NCBI GenBank assembly: GCA_934434925.1
Contig: CAKSAC010000001.1
Location: forward strand, 126,959-190,958
Length of the DNA: 64,000 bases
Origin: an uncultured Eubacteriales bacterium
GTDB lineage: Bacteria; Bacillota; Clostridia; Oscillospirales; CAG-272
Direction: 5' to 3'
The position numbers and the translations under genes are program-made. Shown here one piece after another: positions 1 through 7,369 of this stretch. The notes under the pieces were generated by a model. The model was given only the letters and a program-made list of their open reading frames with translations. It made no database searches and had not been told where the DNA came from. How positions within the stretch are numbered: the first letter of the stretch is position 1; each line of letters opens with the position of its first letter.

Positions 1-1
1 C

Positions 2-298
2 TATGAGCAGATTCCTCTTAACTCCGATAAACTCGGCGATAACTTCAAATTTGTCAAAGAAAACACCGCATGTAAGATCGTTTCCTATAAAGGAAATGTC
101 TTCAGCGTAGAGCCCCCCGTTTTTGTCACGTTGGAAGTTACGGATACAGAGCCCGGTGTGCGTGGCGATACCGCCACCAACGTGACGAAGGCCGCCACGC
201 TGGAAACCGGCGCGATCGTCCGCGTTCCGATCTTTATCAACACCGGAGATTTGATCCGGATTGATACCCGCGTTGGCGAATATCTTGAAAGAGCGTGA
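2..298 (+). CDS. efp: Elongation factor P, C-terminal part (5' end lies outside the window)
   Basis: The frame is open from the window edge to TGA at 296-298. It translates to ...[53 protein letters not shown], a typical EF-P C-terminus. It is absent from the ORF track because it has no start codon. Confidence 0.9.
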   Translation, partial: YEQIPLNSDKLGDNFKFVKENTACKIVSYKGNVFSVEPPVFVTLEVTDTEPGVRGDTATNVTKAATLETGAIVRVPIFINTGDLIRIDTRVGEYLERA

Positions 299-353
299 TT
301 TTGTTGCCGCGCTCCCGTGTGGCGACTATATACCAAAAAGGGAGGATTGAATC

Positions 354-794
354 ATGGATATTACCGAAAAGAGCGCATATCTCAAAGGGTTGTATGAGGG
401 CTTCGGCATCGACGCTTCCAAACCCGAAGGGAAACTGATTTCCGAGCTCGTCAATCTCGTCGGAGAAATGGCGGAAAAAATCAACAATCTGGAAGTAGAA
501 TGCCGTGAACTCCGCGATTATTGCGAGGAACTGGATCAGGATCTCGGCGACATCGAAGAGTTTTTGTACGATGATGCGGAGTATGAAGATGACGAAGAGG
601 ATGAGGACGACGATCTGGAAGGCGCGGAGTATTATGAAGTAACCTGCCCGTCTTGCGGGGAAGTGGTCTGCTTTGATGAATCCGTCGATCCCGAGCATAT
701 CAAATGCCCTGCCTGCGGCCAGTACTTTGATTGCACCTGCGATTCCGAAAATTGCGCGAATTGCGACCTGAACTGCAAAGAAGATAAGGAATAA
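354..794 (+). CDS. Hypothetical small acidic protein with a C-terminal Cys-rich zinc-ribbon-like region
   Basis: ORF 354..794 is preceded by GGGAGGA 7 nt upstream of the ATG. It has a helical N-terminus, a D/E-rich linker (DDAEYEDDEEDEDDD), then CPSCG...CPACG...CTC..C..C..C. A terminator follows. Confidence 0.6.
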   Translation: MDITEKSAYLKGLYEGFGIDASKPEGKLISELVNLVGEMAEKINNLEVECRELRDYCEELDQDLGDIEEFLYDDAEYEDDEEDEDDDLEGAEYYEVTCPSCGEVVCFDESVDPEHIKCPACGQYFDCTCDSENCANCDLNCKEDKE

Positions 795-845
795 TCGCTC
801 GCTTGCCGGGCGATGACGCCGGGAGCTTTGGCTGCCGGTTCCGCA

Positions 846-882
846 AAAATAAAAAACAGAGGCTGTTTGCCTCTGTTTTTTT
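846..882. terminator. Bidirectional rho-independent terminator between convergent genes
   Basis: Stem ACAGAGGC (856-863) pairs with GCCTCTGT (869-876). It is flanked by an A-run upstream and a T-run downstream. Confidence 0.7.
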
Positions 883-933
883 CGTCCGGGGAAGAATGAC
901 CCGATAAAGCGCTTGATGATGACAATTTTAATT

Positions 934-1719
934 TTATTGCGGCGATTGATTTTGTCGCAATACTTCATATCCGAGAATGGTAGCCGCGGACGCAGCAGAG
1001 AGCGCCGCATCAAAACGACGGCCGTATGGAATCCGGACGGTAAGATCGGCCATTTCGGAAATCGCCTTTGATAAACCGCGTTTTTCCCCGCCGATCAAAA
1101 GAAAAACGGGTTTTTTCATATCGGCGCAGGGGAGCGATATATCGGTATCCGCATCGGCGGCAATCACGCGGTATCCGGCATTTCGGAAAAGCGAGGCGGC
1201 GGTGCAGGCGTCCGATGTGAAAAGGGAAAGCCGTTCGGAAGCGCCGGCTGACGCGCGCGCAACAACACCGGCGGCACTCATCCAGTTGCGTTCGGACAGG
1301 ATAACGCCCAAAAGACCGCAAGCATAGAGAGAACGCAGAGCATATCCGAAGTTATAGGGGTCTTCAATTCCTTCCAACATGGCGTAAAACCCGTCCGGCC
1401 GGATATGATTTTGGGCGAGGGGAGGCAAGGTGCGCCGACCGCAAACAGCGACGATACCGCCGTGCGTTGTGCCGGTTGCCAACGAATCGATTTCCGCGCG
1501 CGGGGCCGGGAGAACGGGGAAGGAGTACTCTTTTCCGACGGCGCGGAGCCAGCCGATATCTTTTCCGATTTTTTTCAGGCGTTCTTCATCGAATATTATG
1601 CGCTCGATGGGGCGGTCGTTCAAAATATCCGGGTCGCGGCGGGAATCGATCAGCGCGCGGATGGATGTCATGCCTTCCAGTACGGTGTTTTCCCGGAATT
1701 TTTCATTTTCCTTGTGCAT
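934..1719 (-). CDS. TrmH/SpoU-family RNA 2'-O-methyltransferase (RlmB-like)
   Basis: 261-aa ORF with an N-terminal substrate-binding-like region (VLEGMTSIRAL). It also has SpoU-type motifs (GIEDPYNFGYALRS, LLIGGEKRGLS, VRIPYGRRFDALSAASA). Confidence 0.75.
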   Translation of the reverse strand: MHKENEKFRENTVLEGMTSIRALIDSRRDPDILNDRPIERIIFDEERLKKIGKDIGWLRAVGKEYSFPVLPAPRAEIDSLATGTTHGGIVAVCGRRTLPPLAQNHIRPDGFYAMLEGIEDPYNFGYALRSLYACGLLGVILSERNWMSAAGVVARASAGASERLSLFTSDACTAASLFRNAGYRVIAADADTDISLPCADMKKPVFLLIGGEKRGLSKAISEMADLTVRIPYGRRFDAALSAASAATILGYEVLRQNQSPQ

Positions 1720-1780
1720 AAGCGGAAAGGGCCTTTCATATGATATAGTAAACGGATTTTCTATCGCCGGAGGAATTTGT

Positions 1781-2044
1781 ATGCTGTATCAGAACAAGAG
1801 AGAACGCTGTGAAATATTGGCTGAATACCTGGTCGAAAACAAGGCGACGGTACGAAGTGCGGCCAAGCATTTCAATATCAGTAAAAGCACCGTACATAAG
1901 GATATCACGATCCATCTTGCGCATGTGAACCCCTTGCTGTATCAAATGGCCAGAAAAGTGCTGGAAGTCAACAAATCGGAACGGCATTTGCGCGGCGGGG
2001 AAGCGACGCGGATCAAGTACCTGCACCAAAAACAGAGCGTATAA
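1781..2044 (+). CDS. spoIIID: Sporulation transcriptional regulator SpoIIID
   Basis: This is the internal ATG of ORF 1430..2044, with GGAGGA at 1769-1774. The 87-aa product contains ...ISKSTVHKDIT...RHLRGGEATRIKY, closely matching the SpoIIID helix-turn-helix and C-terminal basic region. Confidence 0.9.
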   Translation: MLYQNKRERCEILAEYLVENKATVRSAAKHFNISKSTVHKDITIHLAHVNPLLYQMARKVLEVNKSERHLRGGEATRIKYLHQKQSV

Positions 2045-2774
2045 GCTCTCGCGGTGCCCGGAAGACTTCATCGGGTCGGCGAAGGATTTTTTCGGTTTCT
2101 TCCAGCAGAATCCGGTGGACACGAGCGCAAAGACCGGAGGGAATATCTTTGGGAGAAAGAACCGGGAATCGGGAACGGGTGTTGTGACCGTTGGAACCCA
2201 GAAGAAAACGTTTTCCGTTCTGATAGTTCCGAAAAAGCAAGCCGGCCGTTTCCTGACTGTATAATCCGGTCGCGGAAATGCAGAAAACGGCACCGGGAAG
2301 AGAGAGGAGCTTTTGCAGCTCCTTTTCTTTATAAAATGTGATATACCGCTCCAAATGACAGACGAACGGATAGATTTTCCGTTTTTGTATCATATTGGCG
2401 ATCTCCCGCATGATTTCGGGTTGAATTCCGTCTCCGAGCGGGAGTGTTATCGGGAGATAGCGGGTTTTCGGTATACACAATTCCGGAAGAAGACGAAGCG
2501 CAGACATACCCGGAACGATTTCGGTTTCGGCGGAAAGAAGAAAGCGAAAATTCAAGCGGATGTCGGGAACCGCCCGGAAAAGAGAAGAGAAGGCCATTCT
2601 GCGCCGAACCAGAAAGGCGGGCAAGTCTTCCGAGTCGGCATGAAAATGAGGAGTGATGATGGCGGCGCGGACTCCGTTTGCGTAAATCGACCGCAGCATT
2701 TCCTCAGCTTCCCAAAGTCTGCATGGCCCGTTATCGATTCCGGGCAATAAATGAATATGTGCATCGGCAAACAT
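2013..2774 (-). CDS. CpsB/YwqE-like PHP-domain tyrosine-protein phosphatase
   Basis: 253-aa ORF starting MFADAHIHLLPGIDNGP (the metal-binding HxH motif of the CpsB family), followed by ITPHFH. Its 3' end overlaps convergent spoIIID by 32 nt. Confidence 0.6.
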   Translation of the reverse strand: MFADAHIHLLPGIDNGPCRLWEAEEMLRSIYANGVRAAIITPHFHADSEDLPAFLVRRRMAFSSLFRAVPDIRLNFRFLLSAETEIVPGMSALRLLPELCIPKTRYLPITLPLGDGIQPEIMREIANMIQKRKIYPFVCHLERYITFYKEKELQKLLSLPGAVFCISATGLYSQETAGLLFRNYQNGKRFLLGSNGHNTRSRFPVLSPKDIPSGLCARVHRILLEETEKILRRPDEVFRAPRELIRSVFGAGT

Positions 2775-2789
2775 TGTGAGTTCTTTCTA

Positions 2790-2829
2790 TTGACAAATGA
2801 AGTAAAAAACACTATCATAGATATGATAG
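2790..2829 (+). promoter_or_regulatory. Sigma-A-like promoter (TTGACA-17-TATCAT) overlapped by a perfect 8+8 palindrome; candidate operator
   Basis: TTGACA lies at 2790-2795 and TATCAT at 2813-2818. The palindrome CTATCATA-GA-TATGATAG spans 2812-2829, in the divergent region between the cpsB-like gene and the ECF S-component gene. Confidence 0.45.
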
Positions 2830-2838
2830 CATATTCGT

Positions 2839-2871
2839 GTGTGTTTTTCAAGGAGAAGTGTGTTTTTCAAG
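2839..2871. repeat. 14-bp direct repeat GTGTGTTTTTCAAG x2 (19-bp period)
   Basis: Identical copies lie at 2839-2852 and 2858-2871. Confidence 0.8.
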
Positions 2872-2921
2872 AAGAACGCGCTTTTTCATAATTAACTGCT
2901 GAAATATTTCTATCTGAAAAA

Positions 2922-2947
2922 TTATACAAAATAAAAATTTTGTATAA
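2922..2947. repeat. AT-rich 11-bp inverted repeat TTATACAAAAT-AAAA-ATTTTGTATAA
   Basis: The arms at 2922-2932 and 2937-2947 are perfectly complementary. The repeat lies 70 nt upstream of the S-component ATG and overlaps a TGTATAAA extended -10-like element. Confidence 0.7.
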
Positions 2948-3017
2948 AAAGGGGAAGTAAAAACCCCGGGAAAGCCGTTATCATACGACAGGAGCCGGAG
3001 ATATAAAGGAGATTACC

Positions 3018-3617
3018 ATGCGATATTTTTCAACGACCGGGAAAACCGTCAAACTTGTGGAACTTGCAGTTCTGACAGCATTGACAGTCGTCCTTACTTT
3101 TTTCAGTATCCCGATTCTTACCTTGGAGTGTACGCTGGCGCCGCTCCCGGTGCTTGTGGGAGCTATCCTGTACGGTCCGCGTGCCAGCGGGTTTCTCGGC
3201 GGATGTTTTGGTGCGTGCAGTTATATCATGTGCTTTACCTCCAGTCCGTTCGGACAGTTCCTGCTGGGGATCGACTGGTTCCGTGCTTTTTTGGTCTGCG
3301 TTCCGACCCGGATTCTGATGGGAATTCTCGTCGGTCTGATTTTTCGGGCTCTTATCAAAAAAAGCCTGCGATTCTCGGCGTATGGGATTGCGGCTTTTTC
3401 GGCTCCGCTTTTGAACACAATCTTTTTTCTCGGCACGTTGATGCTTCTTTTTAATCCTTCGGTCATTGCCGAGGCCATAGGTCAAACCGCCCCCACGGAT
3501 GTCATCGGTATTTTTTCCCTGATGATTGCCATGGCCGGAATCAATTGCATCGTAGAACTTGTCAGTTGCACGGTAATCGGTTCGGCGGTATGCGTCGCGT
3601 TGCAGAAAATTCGCTGA
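3018..3617 (+). CDS. ECF-transporter substrate-binding (S) component-like membrane protein; substrate unknown
   Basis: 199-aa ORF with AAGGAG 7 nt upstream. It is a roughly six-helix hydrophobic protein with an N-terminus (VKLVELAVLTALTVVLTFFSIPI...PVLVGAILYGP) typical of ECF S components. No ECF A or T genes are nearby. Confidence 0.55.
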   Translation: MRYFSTTGKTVKLVELAVLTALTVVLTFFSIPILTLECTLAPLPVLVGAILYGPRASGFLGGCFGACSYIMCFTSSPFGQFLLGIDWFRAFLVCVPTRILMGILVGLIFRALIKKSLRFSAYGIAAFSAPLLNTIFFLGTLMLLFNPSVIAEAIGQTAPTDVIGIFSLMIAMAGINCIVELVSCTVIGSAVCVALQKIR

Positions 3618-3725
3618 AAATACGAAAATTTTCAAAAAATTCTTTCTTTTTGTTGTTTTTTGTGTTACAATATATTGTGATACGCCTCTTTTGGGGCAAT
3701 TAATTATTTTGGAGGATATTGAATC

Positions 3726-4157
3726 ATGAAAATGAAATTGCGCGTTCTGACTGCTACCAAAAAAGGTAAACTGCTCGCTCTTGCGTCTGCCGTCGCCGGT
3801 GAATATTCCAACTATGCGGCCGATGTGATTCCGCCCGCCTATCCCTGCGATAGCGAACGGCTGGTGGTAATTTTTCTGAGCGCGGCTTCCAAGTATTCCA
3901 CTTCTTTTGAAATTTTCTGCAAAAATCTCAACAAAGACAGCGCCCAGAACGTTGCTTTGGTGGTGGACGGCGATGCCGAAAAGGCCGCAATGGCAATCGA
4001 ATGGCTCCGTAACGCCGGTGCTAACTTCTCGGAAGATATTCTTTATATGAACGGAGGACTTCCCTTCAAATTCCTCAAAAAATATACCGAAGAAGAAAAG
4101 AAAACCGTTCTCGATTGGGTTGAAAAGACGATTCAGTCCTTCAAAACTGCGCAATAA
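3726..4157 (+). CDS. Hypothetical protein (alpha/beta, flavodoxin-fold-like; no cofactor motif seen)
   Basis: 143-aa ORF with GGAGGA upstream and a TGTTACAAT extended -10 near 3660. I recognise no family. Confidence 0.5.
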   Translation: MKMKLRVLTATKKGKLLALASAVAGEYSNYAADVIPPAYPCDSERLVVIFLSAASKYSTSFEIFCKNLNKDSAQNVALVVDGDAEKAAMAIEWLRNAGANFSEDILYMNGGLPFKFLKKYTEEEKKTVLDWVEKTIQSFKTAQ

Positions 4158-4246
4158 AAACAAGCCCATAACCTTTTCTGAACTGCACCCCGAAGTTTTT
4201 CCGAACTTTTGGGCACATTTCAATTCCGGTTATGGGCTTTTTGTTT
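4156..4246. repeat. Long-range inverted repeat filling the convergent intergenic region; probable bidirectional terminator structure
   Basis: AAGCCCATAACC (4162-4173) is perfectly complementary to GGTTATGGGCTT (4228-4239). An A-run precedes it and a T-run follows. An imperfect inner hairpin sits in the 54-nt spacer. Confidence 0.5.
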
Positions 4247-4248
4247 GT

Positions 4249-5562
4249 TCAACCGACAAATTCGCGATAAATTGCCCGGATGGCGTTGACATAATCGGTT
4301 TCTTCCACTCCGATGATAATGTTTAACTCACTGGACCCCTGATCGATCATCTTAATATTGATGGATGCTCTCGCGAGGGCGGAAAAAATGCGGGCGGCAG
4401 TTCCTTTGGAACGAACCATACCGCGTCCGACGACCGCGAGCATGGCAAAACCATCTTCGATTGTAATGGCGTCCGCGTTGGTCAGTTTGAAGATTGCGTC
4501 CATGACCGCGTCGCGCTTCCCTTCCAGTTCGGCGGTTTTGACAATCACGGACATGGTATCGATACCGGCCGGAAGATGTTCAAAATTAACGCCGTTGACC
4601 TCCAGCGTTTCCAGCACCCGGCGACCGAAACCGATTTCGCCGTTCATCATGTCTTTTTCGACGGATATGATGGAAAAACCGACCTTCCCCGCAATCCCCG
4701 TGATAATCCGTTCGGAGCCGGTCTCCGGCGCAATCGGAACGATCATCGTGCCGGGGTCTTCGGGTTTGTTGGTATTCAGAATGTTGATGGGAATTCCCGC
4801 CGCACGTACCGGAAAAACAGAATCCTCGTGCAAAACAGAGGCTCCCATGTAAGAGAGTTCCCGCAGTTCTTTATAGGTGATGACATCGATCGGAATCGGA
4901 TTTTCAACGCAACGCGGGTCTGCCATCAGAAAGCCCGATACATCGGTCCAGTTTTCATAGAGATCGGCTCCGGCGGCACGTGCCACGATCGCCCCGGAAA
5001 CATCAGACCCGCCGCGGCTGAACGTTTTAATGGTTCCGTTGGGCATGGATCCGTAAAAGCCCGGAATGACGGCGTGCTGATGCGTTTCAATCACAGCGGA
5101 CAGCACGGCATTTGTCCGTTCTGTATCCAGCGTTCCGTTTTCACGAAAAAAAACGACATCTTTCGCGTCGATGAAATCGTACCCCAGATACTGCGAAAGA
5201 ATCCGGCCGGCAAGGTATTCTCCGCGGCTGGCGGCATAGTCACGGCCGACGGTTTCGGAAATCATCAGAAAAATCGTGTCAAATTCCGCTTCCAGAGAAA
5301 AATCCATCTGCAAATCGCGGATAATCTCCCGATAACGGTTTTTCACCTGCTCAAACACCGGAGTCATATCCTTCCCGCTGATTGCCATATCATAGCAACG
5401 ATAGAGCATATCCGTAACCTTTTCGTCCTCTTTATAACGCTTTCCCGGTGCGGAAGGAACAACAAAACGGCGCGAGGGGTCCGCATGGATGATATCCGCC
5501 ACCTGACGGAAATGCTGCGCGTCCGCCAGCGAACTGCCTCCGAATTTCAAAACTTTCAACAC
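4249..5562 (-). CDS. Aspartate kinase
   Basis: The ORF contains VLKFGGSSLAD, ACT-domain-like C-terminal repeats and other typical aspartokinase sequence. I moved the start to GTG 5562 (AGGAGA 7 nt upstream), because the track start at 5601 lies only about 11 nt from the predicted transcription start and has no SD. Confidence 0.85.
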   Translation of the reverse strand: MLKVLKFGGSSLADAQHFRQVADIIHADPSRRFVVPSAPGKRYKEDEKVTDMLYRCYDMAISGKDMTPVFEQVKNRYREIIRDLQMDFSLEAEFDTIFLMISETVGRDYAASRGEYLAGRILSQYLGYDFIDAKDVVFFRENGTLDTERTNAVLSAVIETHQHAVIPGFYGSMPNGTIKTFSRGGSDVSGAIVARAAGADLYENWTDVSGFLMADPRCVENPIPIDVITYKELRELSYMGASVLHEDSVFPVRAAGIPINILNTNKPEDPGTMIVPIAPETGSERIITGIAGKVGFSIISVEKDMMNGEIGFGRRVLETLEVNGVNFEHLPAGIDTMSVIVKTAELEGKRDAVMDAIFKLTNADAITIEDGFAMLAVVGRGMVRSKGTAARIFSALARASINIKMIDQGSSELNIIIGVEETDYVNAIRAIYREFVG

Positions 5563-5618
5563 GGTAATATCTCCTGGACTTTCTTGTGATGGTTCGGTCA
5601 CTGAAGTATTTTGTTAGT

Positions 5619-5647
5619 ATTATATGTTTTATTTCGACATATGTCAA
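5619..5647 (-). promoter_or_regulatory. Consensus sigma-A promoter of the aspartate kinase gene
   Basis: On the minus strand, TTGACA (5647-5642), a 17-nt spacer, then TATAAT (5624-5619). Confidence 0.65.
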
Positions 5648-5720
5648 GGGGAAAATGCAGGTTTTTCCTATTGATTTCGGGGAATTTTCAACTTTTTTCA
5701 AGAATAATGCATTTTTGTTC

Positions 5721-5749
5721 TTCCTTTTTTCTTCATCTTATGGTATACT
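5721..5749 (+). promoter_or_regulatory. Extended -10 promoter upstream of the DUF1538 gene
   Basis: TGGTATACT at 5741-5749 with a weak -35 (TTCCTT, 5721-5726). The roughly 80-nt leader contains the stem TCTCTCC/GGAGAGA. Confidence 0.45.
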
Positions 5750-5833
5750 GGATGAAGGGTAACAGGGCTTCTCTCCCCTTCCACCGGTTTTTGTCGGAGA
5801 GATTGCTTTTATCATAAAAACACGAGGTATTCT

Positions 5834-7369
5834 ATGGGAATCATCAAAGCCAAATTGATAGAGTCAATGCGTTCGATCCTTCCGATTGGAGCCATCGTTT
5901 TTGTTCTTTCTCTTACCATTGCGCCGATGGATACCGGAACCTTCCTTTTATTTTTGGTCGGTCTGGTTTTTTTGACGGTCGGTCTGTCTGTATTCACCAT
6001 GGGGGTTGAAATGTCGATGAACACGCTCGGAACGCGTATCGGCGCTTCGCTCTCATCTTCCAAAAGCGCATGGCTTTTGGCTTTCATCGGATTTGTTATC
6101 GGGATGCTCGTCACCGCGTCCGAACCGGATTTACAGATTCTTGCCGAGCTTGTCTCCGGAGTACCGAATCTGTTGCTGATTCTTATCGTTTCGGTCGGGG
6201 TCGGAATCTTTTTGGTCATTGCCCTTTTGCGCGTTCGTTACGGAATCAGCCTTTCCATCCTGCTGACGATTTTTTACATCATCGCCTTTGCGCTCTGTAT
6301 TTTTGTTCCGGCTGAATTCTGGGCGCTCGCCTTTGACTCCGGCGGAGTGACAACGGGACCTATGACGGTTCCCTTTATCATGGCGCTCGGCGCCGGCGTT
6401 TCGGGAGCAAAAAGCCGCAAGCGCGGCGGGCACGACGACTCGTTCGGTCTTGTGGCTCTTTGCAGTATCGGGCCGATTATAGCGGTTCTCGTTCTGGGCA
6501 TTTGCGCGAACTTCGGCGATATGCATTATACGCCGGAACCGCTGACCGTGCTTGAAAATACCCGTGAAGGGGCGCTCGTTTATCTGGAAGGTCTTGCCGA
6601 TTCCGCCAAGGAAGTGGCGATTGCTCTTTTACCGATCATCATTTTCACGTTGCTGTTTCAGCTTATTTCACGGCCTTTCAGCCGGCGGCAGATCTTCCGT
6701 ATCGGCGTCGGTGTTGCCTATGTGTTTTTCGGACTGATGCTCTTCCTGACCGGAGCCAATACCGGTCTTCTCCCGGTGGGGCGTTCCTTCGGCGCTACGC
6801 TTTCCGGCATTCTCAACGGGTATGTGCTGATCCCCGTCAGTATGTGCCTCGGATATTTCATCATTTCGGCCGAACCGGCCGTATATGTCCTGAACAGACA
6901 AGTGGAACAGGTGACGGCCGGGGCCATATCCTCTTCCACCATCCGCGTTGCACTTTCGATTGGCGTTTCGGTGGCGCTGGGGCTTTCCATGTTACGGGTC
7001 CTTACCGGGATTTCCATTTTGTATATTCTGCTTCCCGGCTATGTGATTGCGCTGGTGCTGGCCTTTATCGTTCCGCCTTTCTTCACCGGTATCGCTTTTG
7101 ACTCCGGCGGCGTGGCGAGCGGAACCATGATGAGCGCCTTTGTGCTTCCGCTGGCAATCGGCTCCTGCGAGGCCCTCGGAGGAAATATCATGACAGACGC
7201 ATATGGCTGTGTCGCCTTTGCGGCTATGACGCCGATCATATCCATACAGGTCTGCGGACTGGTTTATAAACTCAAAGCAAGCCATGCGGTACGGCGGTTC
7301 AATAACGAAGACGAGTACTTTATCGATTACACAAAGGATGAAGGAGGTGCCACCTATGCCACCCCGTAA
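5834..7369 (+). CDS. Polytopic membrane protein with two DUF1538-like repeats; function unknown, putative transporter
   Basis: 511-aa ORF. The two halves are homologous: each carries AFDSGGV(T/A)(T/S)G(P/T)M and ends in a similar helix. The identical 14-nt string TTTGACTCCGGCGG occurs at 6332 and 7097. Confidence 0.7.
   Translation: MGIIKAKLIESMRSILPIGAIVFVLSLTIAPMDTGTFLLFLVGLVFLTVGLSVFTMGVEMSMNTLGTRIGASLSSSKSAWLLAFIGFVIGMLVTASEPDLQILAELVSGVPNLLLILIVSVGVGIFLVIALLRVRYGISLSILLTIFYIIAFALCIFVPAEFWALAFDSGGVTTGPMTVPFIMALGAGVSGAKSRKRGGHDDSFGLVALCSIGPIIAVLVLGICANFGDMHYTPEPLTVLENTREGALVYLEGLADSAKEVAIALLPIIIFTLLFQLISRPFSRRQIFRIGVGVAYVFFGLMLFLTGANTGLLPVGRSFGATLSGILNGYVLIPVSMCLGYFIISAEPAVYVLNRQVEQVTAGAISSSTIRVALSIGVSVALGLSMLRVLTGISILYILLPGYVIALVLAFIVPPFFTGIAFDSGGVASGTMMSAFVLPLAIGSCEALGGNIMTDAYGCVAFAAMTPIISIQVCGLVYKLKASHAVRRFNNEDEYFIDYTKDEGGATYATP

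Noticed and set aside
1720-1780. Candidate sporulation-sigma promoters: a sigma-E-like TCATATG upstream of spoIIID, a GCATATA...CTATACCA pair upstream of the DD-carboxypeptidase (16830-16900), and GGATA-N18-AATAATA upstream of spoVT (25662-25760).
   Set aside because: The hexamer matches are partial and the spacers do not fit the published consensus spacing as I recall it. The support is too weak to annotate without experimental data or a position-weight-matrix scan.
3030-4223. A 397-aa minus-strand ORF spanning the ECF S-component gene, an intergenic region and the 143-aa gene. Similar large antisense ORFs occur at 4576-5589, 16017-16970, 24059-24790, 31281-32144, 43063-43812, 49198-50157, 53564-54511 and 58190-59233.
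   Set aside because: All lie antisense to genes with clear homology and have Arg/Gly/Pro-rich junk-like composition. None has an SD or promoter, and some cross intergenic terminators. They are shadow ORFs.
5563-5618. A lysine riboswitch or T-box would be expected upstream of aspartate kinase.
   Set aside because: The consensus promoter at 5619-5647 leaves only about 50 nt of 5' UTR, which is too short for an L-box. No AGAGGCGC-type core is present.
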